64,000 nucleotides of DNA from Octopus vulgaris (lineage: Eukaryota), in assembly GCA_951406725.2 (NCBI GenBank), contig OX597830.1:35650001-35714000 (forward strand). The letters run 5' to 3'. Each line of letters begins with the position of its first letter. Position 1 is the first letter of the stretch. The position numbers and the translations under genes are program-made. The notes below the pieces were generated by a model. It ran no database searches. It was not told the origin of the DNA and saw only the letters and a program-made list of their open reading frames with translations. Shown here one piece after another: positions 14,000-27,714 of this stretch.

Positions 14000-14950
14000 A
14001 CTATCGATCTTTCTTAGATGGACAGGAAGCTTGTGTATTGCAGGTTTGTTTTGACCAAAAATCTATGGCAGTATTTGTAATTGTATCGTATGTTAACTCC
14101 ATAGCATAAATGTTATCAACATAGCAACTGAACAGAAGTTGCCGCAAGGTGTGAGCGGATCAGAAGACAAGCGGTCTAAATGGGTAATGCTATCTGGAGA
14201 AGTGTTACTTGGGCACAAGCTGGGGTTTGATAAGCTGCAATTGAATTTTTATTTTGTGAGTGTATGATTGTTGAAATACCAGAAAGAACTAATGGTAGCG
14301 ACTAACACCACATATTTGACCAGCTCATTACAAAATTAATTATGTAAAAAGTAATGCAGAGAATGACCAATAGGTTGTACACAGAACAGTTCCTTTTAAA
14401 AGGATTTAGTGTTTCTATAGAAAAGTTTTTCAATGCCGGTAAAATAATTGATAGATTTCAACAACAAAATGAATATCTGGTTCCAGTTGTAAAAGTAGTT
14501 AATTCTAGTGTTTATCTTGTGTGACTCAATTTATTAATTGTACATTTTTTGTAATTTGGGTAGCCAATAATTCTTCATTCAATTTTTTTTGTACAAAACT
14601 ATAATTGAGACTTTTAAGAAATCACAAGCTGGAGGTTCTACCGTTTAGACGTTGAATTATTTTTTTTAATTGTTTGTCATAGAGATTGGATTGCGATCTC
14701 GACTCAAGATATAAGAACTTAACACGGCTTCTGAAGAATTACAGTTTGATTAAACAAAAATGTCTTGGACGAAAGTGTTGAACCTCTTGCCAAACAGTCG
14801 ATAATTTCTTTTTCGTCGACATCCTTTGCATAGATTAAAGCATTTAAGCCAGAGTGGGACATTTCTCAGCTTACTGCTAAATAATCAAAGTGCAAAAACT
14901 TGACAGTGTAAAAATAAAAACATGCTGCATTATTAAACAATATTTCGTTT
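14000..14950 (-). pseudogene. Possible highly decayed Helitron/PIF1-like helicase fragment
   Basis: Broken minus-strand frames give STVWQEVQHF, FSIETLN, GQICGVSRY and RQL..AIDF in the order expected for Helitron helicase motifs. Each match is weak. Confidence 0.3.
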
Positions 14951-15203
14951 TTAAAACGAAAAGTTCCTCCATAATCTGAGCCATAACTGAAGCCATTGCA
15001 GTGCAGTTTGTTTCATTTTTTTTTCTGAATCGATGATGTCGATAATCAATGAACGTCTTGACTCAGCAATTGACATATCATTCATAGGTTATCTATTTCT
15101 TTACGCCGTTTTAGACATCAGATCGACTAAGTGCAAGATTCGAAGTTGTAACGTCAAATCTAACTCTTTGAAATCACACTCTAATTTCTTTTTTTTTTTT
15201 AAG

Positions 15204-15540
15204 TTATACGTCCCCTGCCCAATTCAAGATCACAACATACATGTACACTGCAGCATAATTTCTTTTCCTCAACAGGCCCTACCCTATTTAACATTGTCCC
15301 GAGGGAGATCAAAGAGGAAAAGGATCCCATCAACTTTAAACAGAGTCTGGATAGATTCCTTCAAAGAATACCAGATAAGCCACCCATAATTGGATACAAC
15401 TCACCCAACAAGAACTCACTACTTGAACAAAACTTGACTTAAACAGGATTCGAATAATCCTATCAGGTGGTGCTATTAAGTTAGACATGGCCTGGACCAA
15501 TCTTTGGTCGAAACATATCTAAGTTTATCTAAGTCTAAGT
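15204..15540 (+). mobile_element. CR1/Jockey-group LINE 3' end
   Basis: NFFSSTGPTLFNIVPREIKEEKDPINFKQSLDRFLQRIPDKP..NSLLE is a typical RT C-terminus. A short 3' UTR ends in a tandem (atctaagttt) tail. Confidence 0.7.
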
Positions 15541-15558
15541 TTATATATTCATGTGTGT

Positions 15559-15960
15559 AAGGCGGCGAGCTGGTAGAAACTTTAACACGCCGAGCGAAAT
15601 TCTTAGCGGTATTTCGTCTGTCGCTACGTTGTGAGTTCAAATTCCGCCGAGGTCGACTTTGCCTTTCATCCTTTCGGGGTCGATTAAATAAGTACCAGTT
15701 ACGCACTAGGGTCGATATAATCGACTTTATCCTTTTATCTGTCCTTGTTTGCCCCCCACCCCTGTGTTTAGCCCATGTGGGTATTAAACAAATAGGTACT
15801 TCGTCTGTCTTTACGTTCTGAGTTCAAATTCCACCGAGGTCGACTTTGCTTTTCATCCTCTCGGGGTCGATAAATTAAGTACCAGTTACGTACTGGGGTC
15901 GATCTAATCGATTGGTCACTTCCACAAAACTTTCGGGTCTTGTGCCTAGAGTAGAAAACA
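15559..15960 (+). mobile_element. SINE family B, dimeric (body+tail1, body+tail2)
   Basis: Same head and central motif as the other copies. The second unit restarts at ggtacttcgtctg (~15795). Confidence 0.9.
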
Positions 15961-16321
15961 ATATGCGTATATTCTTGTATAGCTTGGTAATATATTCATG
16001 TGCGTATATTCATGTATGTATACGCTTGTGTGATTTTACCAATCAGAGTTCGTAATTGAGTTAAGCTGTTTCAGAAGAAAGAATAGCTAATTGGATTAAA
16101 GTTTGGAATTACTCCCGCGATATTACCCCAAATGAGTGCGGTAAAATTTTTCGTATTCTTCAATGATAATTATATTGTGCATGAAGCTGTGTGTGTGTAT
16201 GTGTGAGTATCTGTATGTACATGTTCATATGTGCATACATGCATACGTACAAGCATATATATATATATGTGTGTGTGTATGTATGTATGTATGTATGTAT
16301 GTATGTATGTATGTATGTATG

Positions 16322-16355
<34 letters not shown>

Positions 16356-16824
16356 TGTATGTATGTATGTATGTATGTATGTGTGTCTTTGGATATCAGT
16401 TCATATATTTGTATACACAAACACATGTATATACATGTACAAACAATGGTAAACATAGGTGAATAAAGATAGATATATACAAGGGAAATAAAGTTAATTA
16501 CATATATATAGGTACACACGCACACACGCGCACATACACATATAACACGTCTTTTGCATACATAACTATATATATATATATATACATATATATATACATC
16601 ATAGTTTTGGTGTGTTTTAAAATAAACATTTTGTTAACTAATATGAAACTTCATTTGATTAATAACTTTCTAACATGTATGCGAAGGAGGGATGCGATGA
16701 AATGAGCGAGGTAGGGAGTATGAGAAAGAAGATGACGGCGAAGTAGCCATACAGAGAGAGAGAGAGGGGGGACACAGAAAGAAATAAAGAGTGAGAGAGA
16801 GACAAAGTGTGTCACATCACTGTA

Positions 16825-16980
16825 TTCATCAGGCGAACTTCACACGTTCGCCTGAGGAAGTTAAGGATTTGTAATTCACGAAGCAATACAAGGAATTCCG
16901 TTGAATTAGAAAAATTCTACAACTGGCTTTCATTCTTCTCCTCTTACATTTGATAATCTGTAACACTAGAATATGCTTGT
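16825..16980. mobile_element. PLE-type terminal fragment with hairpin and decayed hammerhead core
   Basis: ttcatcaggcgaac-ttcacac-gttcgcctgaggaa is a 14-bp inverted repeat carrying CTGANGA on both strands. Confidence 0.35.
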
Positions 16981-17001
16981 CTGTATACCAGTTTATCTAT
17001 A

Positions 17002-17034
<33 letters not shown>

Positions 17035-17214
17035 GTCACACGATAATTTCACGAGCAGGCTGTTCCCTTGATCGGATCAACTGGAGTCCCCGTGGTCGTA
17101 ATGGACTTAGTGCCTGGACAATATACACACATATATATATATCTATGTATGTATGTATATGTGTACGTACGTACGTATGTATGTATTTATGTGTATATAT
17201 ATATAGATATAAAT

Positions 17215-17445
17215 AAGGCGAGCTGGCACAAACGTTAGCACGCCGAGCGAAATGCTAAGCAGTATTTCGTCTGTCTTTACGTTCTGAGTTCAAATTCCGC
17301 CGAGGTCGACTTTGCCTTCCATCCTTTCGGCATCGATAAATCAAGTACCAGTTACGCACTAAGGTCGATGGACTCGACCTAATTCCTTTGTCTGTCCTTG
17401 TTTGTCTCCGCTATGTTTAGCCCCTTGTGGGCTATAAAGAAATAA
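17215..17445 (+). mobile_element. SINE family B monomer
   Basis: Alignable to the other family B copies. Confidence 0.9.
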
Positions 17446-17470
17446 GATATATAGATATATATTTGGTGGT

Positions 17471-17808
17471 GGTGAAGGCGCGTAACTTAGTGACTACGGT
17501 ATTCGGCTCACAATCGTATAGTCGTGAGTTCGACTCCCGGCGATGCGTTGTGTTCTTGAGCAAGATACTTTATTTAAATTTGCTGCTGCTCACTCAGCTG
17601 TCAAAAATGAATTGCACCTGTAATTCATAAGGGCCAACCTTGTCACATTCTGTATCATGCTGCATCTCTCCAACAGCTACCTTAAGTGTACGCGTGTCTC
17701 TGGAATGCTCAACCACTTGCACGTTAATTTCACGAGCAGGCTGTTCCGTTGATTGGATCAACTGGAATCTACGTCGTCGTAGCGGATTTAGTGCCTGGAC
17801 AATATACA
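17471..17808 (+). mobile_element. SINE family C (tRNA head, CORE-like); a 3' fragment also lies at 17043-17127
   Basis: A box gcgtaacttagtg, B box gagttcgactccc and gttcttgagcaagatactt CORE-like segment. Aligns with 48640-48963. Confidence 0.85.
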
Positions 17809-17810
17809 CA

Positions 17811-18716
17811 TAGGTAGTGGGATCAAAAGGTTCTCGGACTAAATATATTTCATAAAAAAATAACTTATTTACCTAATTTTTAACATCATCTCCTTCGAAA
17901 TAGTCACCTTGCACAGGAATACATTGGTCCCACTATTGGAATCTGGCCTGGAATTCTTTTTTTCCCCAATCGAATCGAGAACCTTCTGCGATTCGCTCTG
18001 GGTCTCGACAATAGTGTTAAAACGATGACCTTTGAGCTGCATTTTCATCTTGGGGAATAAATGGAAGTCCTCAGGTGTTATATCTGGTGAACAATGTGGG
18101 TGCGGAAACGACACCATGTTGTTTTTGGCGAGAAACTTACGTGTGATGAGATCTCGGTCACAGGGTGCATTGTCATAGGAAAGAACCCTGTTCTTCGCGC
18201 TCCACAGATCCGGTCACTTTCACCAAATGTCCTCCCTCAAACGCTACAAAACCTCTCAGTAGAAGTTTTGATTCCCAGTCTAGTCCCGGGGGACGAATTC
18301 TCGATGCATAATACCGTACTCCTGGAGGTAACACTCGTGACAAGTCTTCTAGATCGGTCATCGTTTTCCAGGGACGTGCTTCCGCTTTTGAAGCGACTAT
18401 GCCACCCGAAACATTGCATACGACCCCCTTCTTCGTCACCATAAACTTGCCAACGTATGCTCAATGTCTCTGTAGCAGACGTTGCAAGTTTAACGCAAAA
18501 TTTCGCGTTGGCTCTTTGTTCCTGTCTATGACAAAATCGCAGACTACAGCATACACGCGATCACAAAAGCAAAAATTTCACAACTTGTGAAGTAAACACA
18601 GCGATGTCGCTCGACACATGAAAGTCACTGCTGCTAGCGCTCATTGCGCACGCAACCGTGTGCTGCCATCTGGTGGTGCACTGCATACCTCGTCCGGCAT
18701 CTTACATGCACTCATA
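17811..18716 (-). mobile_element. Internally deleted mariner transposon relic
   Basis: Minus ORFs contain VYGDE..CFGWHSRFKSGSTSLEND (N-terminal HTH) and HPHCSPDITPEDFHLFPKMKMQLKGHRF (HPPYSPDLAPxDF-type motif). Degenerate TA-flanked TIRs. Confidence 0.85.
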
Positions 18717-19552
18717 TTTACACACGCACACATATATGTATGTATGTGTCGGTGGGTGTGTATGTGCGTGTGTTCGCTAATTTATGCCGTTACTCGGAGT
18801 TTCAAAATTGCTTACTCGGTCTAAAATGAAAGAATATTGTAATTTAAAACAAAAAATGACACTGGTATCTCCATATTTCGCTGATTTATTGCAGACTCGA
18901 GGGTAAGATGGAAAACGGTAATTGCAAGTATTTTCAGAAAATTTATATATATCATATTCCACTTCCATTGAATATTACAAAATTTCTTGTATTTTACTCT
19001 GTCTGTCGGCTGTATATCTTATCAGTCTGCAGTTCAATATCCATTGCATATGAAAACGTATATAACCTCAAAGTTTATTTCTTTGAAGATGGTTAAAAAA
19101 GTATCTTTTTCTCCTATTATTAATATGGCGTATGTTTTTTCGTTTGTTTTTTTAAGAGCTTATAAATGGCAAATGATAATAAATACCACGCACGTTGGAG
19201 TTTTTCTTCACAATAATCCGTTTTCTGAGAAATATGTGTCATGTCTCTTCTAAAGACGAAATATGTTTTGAAAAATCATATCATTTGTGTTCTGCTGGAT
19301 CTAATAAAGACATTTTCCTATATAGTAAAGAATCTTCAAATTAGAATTAATTTCCCCCGTTAAAAACTGGAAGATTTGTTAATCGCACCAGCTTCCAAAC
19401 AAGTAAAATACTTACATTTATCAACATTCAAGGATTCCGAGAACTCATCTATCTATATATCTATCTATCTATCTGTATATCTATCTATCTATTCATTTAT
19501 TTATCTCTCTCACTCGCACTCTATCTTTTCCTCTGCATATATATTTATGTGT

Positions 19553-19608
<56 letters not shown>

Positions 19609-19693
19609 CTATATATATATGTATATATATATATGTATATATATATATTATTTTACTCTTTTAGTTGTTTCAGTCATTGACTGCGGACATGCA

Positions 19694-21205
19694 GTCAATA
19701 TTCCCCATGGATTAGGATTAGATGTAGTCGAATTCTGCATAAACAAATACCCACAAAGAATTCAAGAGAGATTCTCAAAACTGTTTATAATTCAAGGACT
19801 GCGGTTAGTATTTGAAAACAACTACTTCCTTGACAATCAATATCATATACAAATAGCAGTCCATCAATGGTGATTAAAGTTGACCCTACGTTTACGACAC
19901 TAATAATAGGTTAACTGGAAGAAAAATCTTACACTCTGTTCGGAGATACTTTAGATCATCATTTCCATACCTATTTCATACGGAACTGGAAAAGATTGTT
20001 GGATGACTGTTTCATATTTTGGAACAAACGTTAAGAAGACCTTACATTCATGAATAGACCTAATTCAGCGTGGAGCTGAATGAAAGGAAACTCACATTTC
20101 TGAACATCTTAATTAAAGAATATGAAACCGTTACCAGCAATCTTTATAGCAAAAAGAGACATACAGCAATATTTAGATTTTAGATCTTGTCACCCTTCCC
20201 ACGCAAAAAGGAGCATACCGTTCAATATGACAAGAAGTATAAGCTCAATATGCTCAAAGACCGATGAATAGAAGAAACATCTGGTAGAACTAAATATTTT
20301 CCTTCAAAGACAAAATAACCACAAATGCTAATGAAACATGCCATAGCTAAAGCAAAAGAAATCCTGATCTCTGCCTTTCGGGGAGGATGAAAGGAAAAAT
20401 ACAAATATAAATATTCAATCTGTAGTAACCCATAATGTTAAGAACTGGATCATCGTACATGCAGCCAAATGATAACTTTCAATTCTACATCAATCATCAA
20501 ATCTTCGACACATAATTAGAAAATCACAAATCATCAACATCCGAAAGCAACCACCAAATCTCAAGAGACTCCTGATAAAGTTGAGATTTACATAGGAGAA
20601 AGAAATAATACAGGTAACAAACTGTGGAGGCCTTTGTTAAGGGACATGTGAAATAACTGAAGAATGAACAATCAAACGAATTGAACAAGGAGCAATCAAA
20701 AATGGGAAAGTATTAAAGCTGAATGCAAACGTGAATTGCAAAACAATAATTTCATCTACTACATCACATGTCTACAATGCAATGTGAACTGCACTGACGA
20801 GTGGCTGTGTGGTGAGTAGCTTGCTTACGAATCACGTGGTTCCAGGTTCCGTCCCACTGCGTGGCACCTTGGGCAAGTGTCTTCTACTATAGCCTCGGGC
20901 CGACCAAAGCCTTGTGAGTGCATTTGGTAGACGGAAACTGAAATAAGCCCGTCGTATATATATATAGGCCAAAGTCAAATGACTGAAACAAGTAAAAGTT
21001 AAAAGAGTTATGTAAATGTGCAAAAACAGTAAATTAAAGATTCCTCTCTTAGAAATATTACAGGAAATAAGCATCTTTACATTTGTGGAAAATGGAGAAT
21101 TTATAATATTTTACTTTTACAAAAGGAATGTTGAAAATGATCAACTACGAAGGACAAAAAAATACTTTATAAGAATTATAATTCCAGACCTAAGCTGTAA
21201 ATAGT
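19694..21205 (+). mobile_element. Penelope-like retroelement relic (RT + GIY-YIG endonuclease)
   Basis: Frameshifted NIPHGLG..ENNYF, WKRLLDDCFIFW (RT YxDD equivalent), YLDFRSCHPSHAKRSIP, NCK..IYYITCLQC and RRTKKYFI..PDL. Interrupted by a SINE. Confidence 0.8.
20799..21010 (+). mobile_element. SINE family A (internally deleted) inserted in the Penelope GIY-YIG region
   Basis: Head and CORE segment nearly identical to the 4452 copy and joined directly to the 3' tail. Confidence 0.85.
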
Positions 21206-21531
21206 CAACACCATCACTAAATATAACTTCCTCTGCACGCATTAGCCCGGAAGACGTGTGTTTGAGGAGCTGAAAAAAGAAAGAGCTTGCAGATAAAATA
21301 CCCACTAGACAAAAGTTACTCTATGCGCAAAATTCTTCCACAAAGATTAGTGATATACTGATAGATACAAAAAATTAAATAGTTGATTTATTCCGTTCGT
21401 ATTAACATTTCAAGGTAAACTTAATTCATAGAATTCTCTCATTATGCGCCAGTTTGACTGGGTAACAATGCAAGCAAGCAAGATTCAAGTTGACATTTAA
21501 TGTATTGATTTATTTTTCTCAGTTTGTCACT

Positions 21532-21700
21532 CACCATCGCTTGACAACTGATGTTGGTGTGTTTACGTCCCCATAAAAAAGACGATAGAATAAGTACTAG
21601 GCTTACAATGAATAAGTGTTGGGGGTCGATTCGTTTGACTGAAGGCAGTGCTACAGTATCGACATAGTCAAATGACTGAAACAAGTGAAAGAATAAAAGG
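21532..21700 (+). mobile_element. SINE family A 3' half
   Basis: caccatcgcttgacaac..ggggtcgatt..agtcaaatgactgaaacaagt. Confidence 0.8.
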
Positions 21701-21902
21701 ATATGTGTAAATATATATATATCATCATCATCATATAATGAACGCTGTCCATGCTGGCATGGGTTGCACGATTTGGCTAAAACCCGACAAGAAGGGATTT
21801 CTGTGGCAGCATGCACTGCCTAGCACCGACCACTTTACAAGATGTGGTGGATGCTTTTGTGGAACCACAGATGTGTGGAAAAGACCGAGGAGGGGTTGGA
21901 AT

Positions 21903-22488
21903 GGGCACCTTCTTGGAAAGTTCCGAGGAGGGGCAACTTCCTAGAAAGTTCTGAGGAGGAGAACAAGCAGAACTTCCTGGAAGGTTCCGAGGAGGGGCAA
22001 CTTCCTGGAAATATCCGAAAAAGAAGATGGTAGTCCACTCCCTGTCCAGGTCTGAAGAATTGAAAACTTCCTGGAAAGTTCCAAGGAGGACAGGAAACTT
22101 CCTGGAAAGTTCCGAAGAATAAGAAAATTCTTGGAACGTTCCGAGGAGGGGCAAAGTCCTGGAAATATTCGAGAAAGGGGAGGACAGGCAGCTTCCTGGA
22201 AAGGTTCAAGCCGTGAGCAACTTCCTGGAAAATTCCGAGGAAGACAGGACGCGCAACATCCTGAACAGTTCCGACGAGGCGCAACTACCTCGAAAGTTCC
22301 GAGGAATAAGCAATTTCCTTGAAGTATCCGACGAAAGGGAGGGCAGGCAATTTCCTGGAAATATCCCAGGTAGGGGAGGGCAGGAAATTTCCTGGAATGT
22401 TCCGAGGAGGAGCGAATTCATGGAAAGTTCCGAATCTTGGGCAACTTCCTGAAAAGGTCTGAGGAATTGGCAACTTCCTGGAAAGTTG
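21903..22488. repeat. Minisatellite, ~19 units of ~28-38 bp, core gcAACTTCCTGGAAAGTTccgagga
   Basis: Units were delimited by eye. The quasi-palindromic core is followed by purine-rich linkers of variable length. Confidence 0.9.
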
Positions 22489-22550
22489 AATCCTGCGCTG
22501 AAACTGATTCGTTTTGCGCCGAATCGTGGCATCCATCAGAAATTATACAT

Positions 22551-22589
<39 letters not shown>

Positions 22590-22590
22590 T

Positions 22591-22620
<30 letters not shown>

Positions 22621-22622
<2 letters not shown>

Positions 22623-23014
22623 TCTTTTATTTTTTCAGTACTTTAACTACAGCAAGTCTAGAGCACCGCCTTTTTTTCGAACAAATCGACCCAAGGAATA
22701 TTCTTTGTAAGCCTGGTACTTATTCTATGGAACTTCTTTGCTGAACGGCTAAGTTATGCAGATATAGATACACCAACATCGGTTGTGAATCGATAGTAGC
22801 AGGGGACACAAAGGCACACAGACAAAAAGACACACCTATATGTATTTATATACCACGGTCTTCTTTCAGATTCCTCCTACCAAAACCACTCACAAGGCCT
22901 TGGTCGGCCCAAGTCTATAGTAGAAGACATTTGCCGAAGGTGCCATGTGGGGACTGAACCCGGAACCACGTAGTTGGGAAGCAAGCTTCTTACCATATAG
23001 CTACATCTTCGCCT
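22621..23014 (-). mobile_element. SINE family A, diverged full-length copy
   Basis: Reverse complement of the 4452 copy (ggactgaacccggaaccac..ttgggaagcaagcttcttacca). Confidence 0.85.
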
Positions 23015-23174
23015 TGCATAAAATACCTGTACATATATATACATATGTATGAATAGATGTATATACGTATGTTAATCTATATGTATTCTTATCAGTAAGA
23101 AAGAAGTTTCACAATGGATTTGTTGTATACAATGGCAGGACGCCTGACATATATACACATATCTATACATATAC

Positions 23175-23229
<55 letters not shown>

Positions 23230-23235
23230 TAGATG

Positions 23236-23346
<111 letters not shown>

Positions 23347-23938
23347 GACTCGCTGCAGAGTGAAAACTCCACAATTTGCCTACAGCGTGTTCCATATATA
23401 AAACGTGCTCTAAATTCCTCCTAATAGCAAATGATCTTGATATCCAAAAAAAAAAAACAGTTCTTTCTATCAAAAATAGGTTTTTTCAATCACTTATGTT
23501 AAGCCAATCCACATATTTGTGTTACTTCGTGAACGTTGTGGAAATTTATAAAATACCAAAAGCGCACGAAATTTTAAAACTGTCAAAACAATATTTCCAA
23601 AGATGAAGTATATTAACACACATAAAACTGATATAGTTGATTTATAGACAGTGTATATATACATACACGCATACATATATATGTATGACTATATATATAT
23701 ATGTGTGTGTGTGTGTTTGTGTGTTTGTGGATGTGTGTGTGTGTGCATACATACACACAACCGCAAGGATAGTTAATCGCATCCGTTCTAGTTGTTTTGG
23801 TCCTTTGTTTTTTTTCGATGATTTTGTCTAAGACTAGAATGCCGTTATTGTTTTTTTGTTTCTATGATCAATGGTGCATATTAGACTACTTATATACAAA
23901 CATACATACATACAAACACGCACATATGTATGTACGTC

Positions 23939-23973
<35 letters not shown>

Positions 23974-24354
23974 GTACATATATATATATACCACTATATT
24001 TGTGTGTATATATATATATATATTTATATACATATATATATCTATATAAATATATACACACACACACACACATATGTGTGTGTGTGTGTGTGTGTGCGTG
24101 TGTGTAGACTAGAAACATATGCAGTAGGAAAGCAGGAAAAATGAGACAAATCATAAATAGGAAAATACAAAGAGAACACGAACACTGGTGGAACGAACCA
24201 TTTAACAATGTTGACTTATACATCATAAGAGAACAGTAACAAGTTTTATTGATGTATAACATGAATAGAGACACGTATAGATCAATTACGAACGGTTTAT
24301 ATAGACAATGAAAGCTTCACATTTGCATTGATATATATATAAATATACATATAT

Positions 24355-24394
<40 letters not shown>

Positions 24395-24437
24395 TCATAG
24401 AAACACACACATATATACATATATAAATATATATCTG

Positions 24438-24481
<44 letters not shown>

Positions 24482-24701
24482 CATATATATATATATGTGT
24501 GTGTGTGTATGTGTGTGTGTATGTGTGTGCGTGTGAATGCTGGAATAGCTCGAACGTATGAATGTGTTGTATATATGTATGTTTTGTTTGTGGTTCCTCG
24601 ACCATATAAATATTTATACGCCTGTATAAAATAAGGCGTAATGCAGAGATATACATATACTTATATACCTTGTGTTCCCACATATATATATATATATATA
24701 T

Positions 24702-24793
<92 letters not shown>

Positions 24794-25431
24794 ATATATA
24801 TACTCATACGATCATACACATACACATAGATCTTCTCATACAGACACACATATAGAGATGTATATTTTTGTATTCAATAATATGTATCTATTGATTAGCA
24901 ATAAATTTGTGTTCACAACCAATAATGTTAGGGTCAGAAATTGATCCACTTGATGCCTTACTTAAGCAAAATATTTTGTGTTTTTCCTTATTTTCCCCTT
25001 CGTCGCTAACATTGCGTTTCTGACCATTTGATGCAATTTTTCTTCTGTACTCTAAACACGAGGACTCGAAATTATTTCAAGAGGATTATACGGTTTTCGT
25101 ATTCTGTATATTCTTTTGTTCTTTTACTCTTTTCTCTCACCATCACAATGATGCTGGGGCATTCCCTTTGTGGATCTTTGGAGTATTTTATCGATAGCAG
25201 TTCTTGTTTCACTCTGGTACTTCTTTAGTTGTTTCGTCTTTTATTGCGTGGCAAAAGTTTGCCGTCATTTAACGTTACTCTACGCAACTCTCCGTGCCAT
25301 TTTACACTGATAAGCTCAAAATCTCAAGCAGATACGAACACACAGTGACACATGTATTTTCATAACGGTCTCAATATAGAAAATAAAAAGCTCGGAGTAA
25401 CTTTCTTAAATTTCATATGTATGGAAAAAAT

Positions 25432-25625
25432 ACACGAGAGGATGCCGAAAAGTTCTTGGCTATAAGGGTATCGCAAAAAAGGCTGGGTTGGAGTTCTTTT
25501 GCAGCGCTTAGAAAAGCCGAAGGACGGCTGCAATAAGTGGGTGAATCTAAGAAAGGGATATGTTGAATAAAATCATAATTAACTGATTCTCCTGTATTTT
25601 CTTTTACCCCAAGAAGTCCGAAATG
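25432..25625 (+). mobile_element. Mariner-derived MITE fragment
   Basis: Starts acgagaggatgccgaaaagttc (mariner-like TIR) and includes the transposase C-terminal remnant CNKWVNLRKGYVE*. Confidence 0.45.
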
Positions 25626-25699
25626 ACACAATTGAGACGACAATGTGCAGCAACTAAATCAGTGACGAAATAATACGTAGATAGTGGAAGTAGATTGGA

Positions 25700-27000
25700 C
25701 ATGTCCGATGGGATTGACTTAAACTTCCCACCAAATTCCTAGCCTTGTGCCGAAATTTCAAACCAAGAATATAAGAGGACATTTATCCACTTTATCTTCT
25801 GATAAAATGATTAGTTTCTGAAACACTTGGACACAAGGTGCAAACTTTTGGGGAAAGGGGCCAGCTGAATACATGTACCTCATTGCTCAACAGCTGCCTT
25901 TTATATCCATCTGGAAAGGATGTAAAGCAAAGTCGACCTTGGCGGGATTTGAATTCAGAACATAAAGACGGAAGAAATGCTGCTAAGCGTTTTATCGGGA
26001 GCGCTAACGATTCCGCCAGCTCACCGCCTTAGATCCTTTATTTGTATCACTAATATTCTGTCCTGGACTGGTAATTAGATAGCAAACTGAAATAAACCGC
26101 ACAGTCTTGTCCTTAGAATGGTTCGAATTGAAAATGCTGAGAGCCACGACAAACACCACGAGGAGCCTGTAAAGATTCTGTTTGTTCTCAACCTTTGCCA
26201 ATATTATCCTTTCTTCTATAGGCAGAAGGTCAGAAATTTAAGGGAGGGAACTAGTCGATTACATCGACCCATGTGTTTCACTAGTACTTAATTTATCGAC
26301 CCCGAAAGGATGAAATGCAAAATCGACCTCGGTGGAACTTGAACTCAGAACAATAAAGACGGACGAAAAACCGTTAAGCATTTCGTCCAGCGCGATAATG
26401 ACTCTGTCAGCTCACCGCCTTTCAACCATTGCCAAAATTATAAAACATTAAGGCGGCGAGATGGCACAAACGTTAGCACGCCGGGCGAAATCCTTAGCAG
26501 TATTTCGTCTGTTTTTACGTTCGGAGTTCAAATTCCGCCGAGGTCGACTTTACCTTTTATCCTTTCGGGATCGATAAATTAAGTACTAGTTGCTTACTGG
26601 AGTCGATCTAATCGACTGGCCCCCTCCCCTCAAATTTCGGGCCTTGTACCTAGAGCAGAAAAGAATATCATAAAACATTATTAAGGCGATGTGTTGGCAG
26701 AACCTTTTGCACGTCGCCTTAATAATGCTTAGCGACATTTTGTCCGTCTTTACGTTCTGAGTTAAAATTCTGCGCAGGTCGACTTTGCCTTTCATCCTTT
26801 CAGGGTCGATAAATTAAGTACCAGTAGCGTACTGGGATCGATGTAATCGACTTAAACCATCCCCCAAAATTGCTGGCCTTGTGCCAAAAATTGAAACCAG
26901 TTTCTTCGTATGTAGTATTAAATAGCAGCTGGGCATTGGGATCAATGTAATCGACAGACTACTCAACGAAATTGCTGGCCTTGTGCCAAAATTTGAAACG
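25700..27000. mobile_element. Cluster of SINE family B copies (25815-26031 -, 26208-26421 -, 26450-26669 +, 26683-26900 +, plus fragments)
   Basis: The four main copies have the family head and central motif. TSDs: tcaacc(t/a)ttgccaa(t/a)attat 26188-26207/26422-26441 and ataaaacatta 26440-26450/26670-26680. Confidence 0.9.
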
Positions 27001-27714
27001 AGTAACATATACCAATATATAGAGTAATTAATGATTTCGACCATAAGTACAAAGAAAGGCAAAATATATTTAGACTTAATCTTAAAATAGGGTTAAAAAA
27101 CTTCTCACGGAAACAAAATTTAAAGTACAAGTTTGAACTGAAAGGTTCATGTTTATACGATGCATGCATACATGGATGTTTATACGGTTGACCACTCATC
27201 ACACTGCTCTTGAATCGTACTTAATTTAGCGGTCCGACAAAATGCAATTCTACTACTACGGAATACGAATTCAAACCATATTTGAACAAAAGAAGTTAGG
27301 TCAGTCTTGATTGGATAACCGTCTAATCAAAATTATTCTCGTTATGATCATGTCTTCTGTTGACAGACTACATTATCCAGTGTGTCTTTCTTTGTTTTAA
27401 ACGATGACGGTTGATGTGATACTCAAATAATTACTTGAGATCGTTTTTGTTATATTAAAGACACATTGTCAATGCTTTTGGTGACGCAGAATCACTTTTA
27501 GTGGTTCTTGAGTTCCATAATTAAAATCGTCTTGCTGCTGCTATTGTGATCGCTGTTGTGAACACCAGCTCAAGTTGACCGACGATGTAAAGATCACCAA
27601 GTTAGCAAAAACTCACGACAGAAGCTTATAGTATTTATTCGATTTTCCATGTTATTTAATATATTTATTTATGTTTCTTCTTCTACATTTTCAGTAGGCT
27701 ATTCAATCCAAGAA

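Noticed and set aside
15255-15275. Splice acceptor ttcttttcctcaacag
   Set aside because: Lies within CR1-like LINE coding remnant (NFFSSTG).
21903-22488. CRISPR-like array (palindromic repeat with variable spacers)
   Set aside because: The context is eukaryotic with no cas genes. The linkers are short, mutually related purine runs rather than unique spacers, and the repeats are degenerate.
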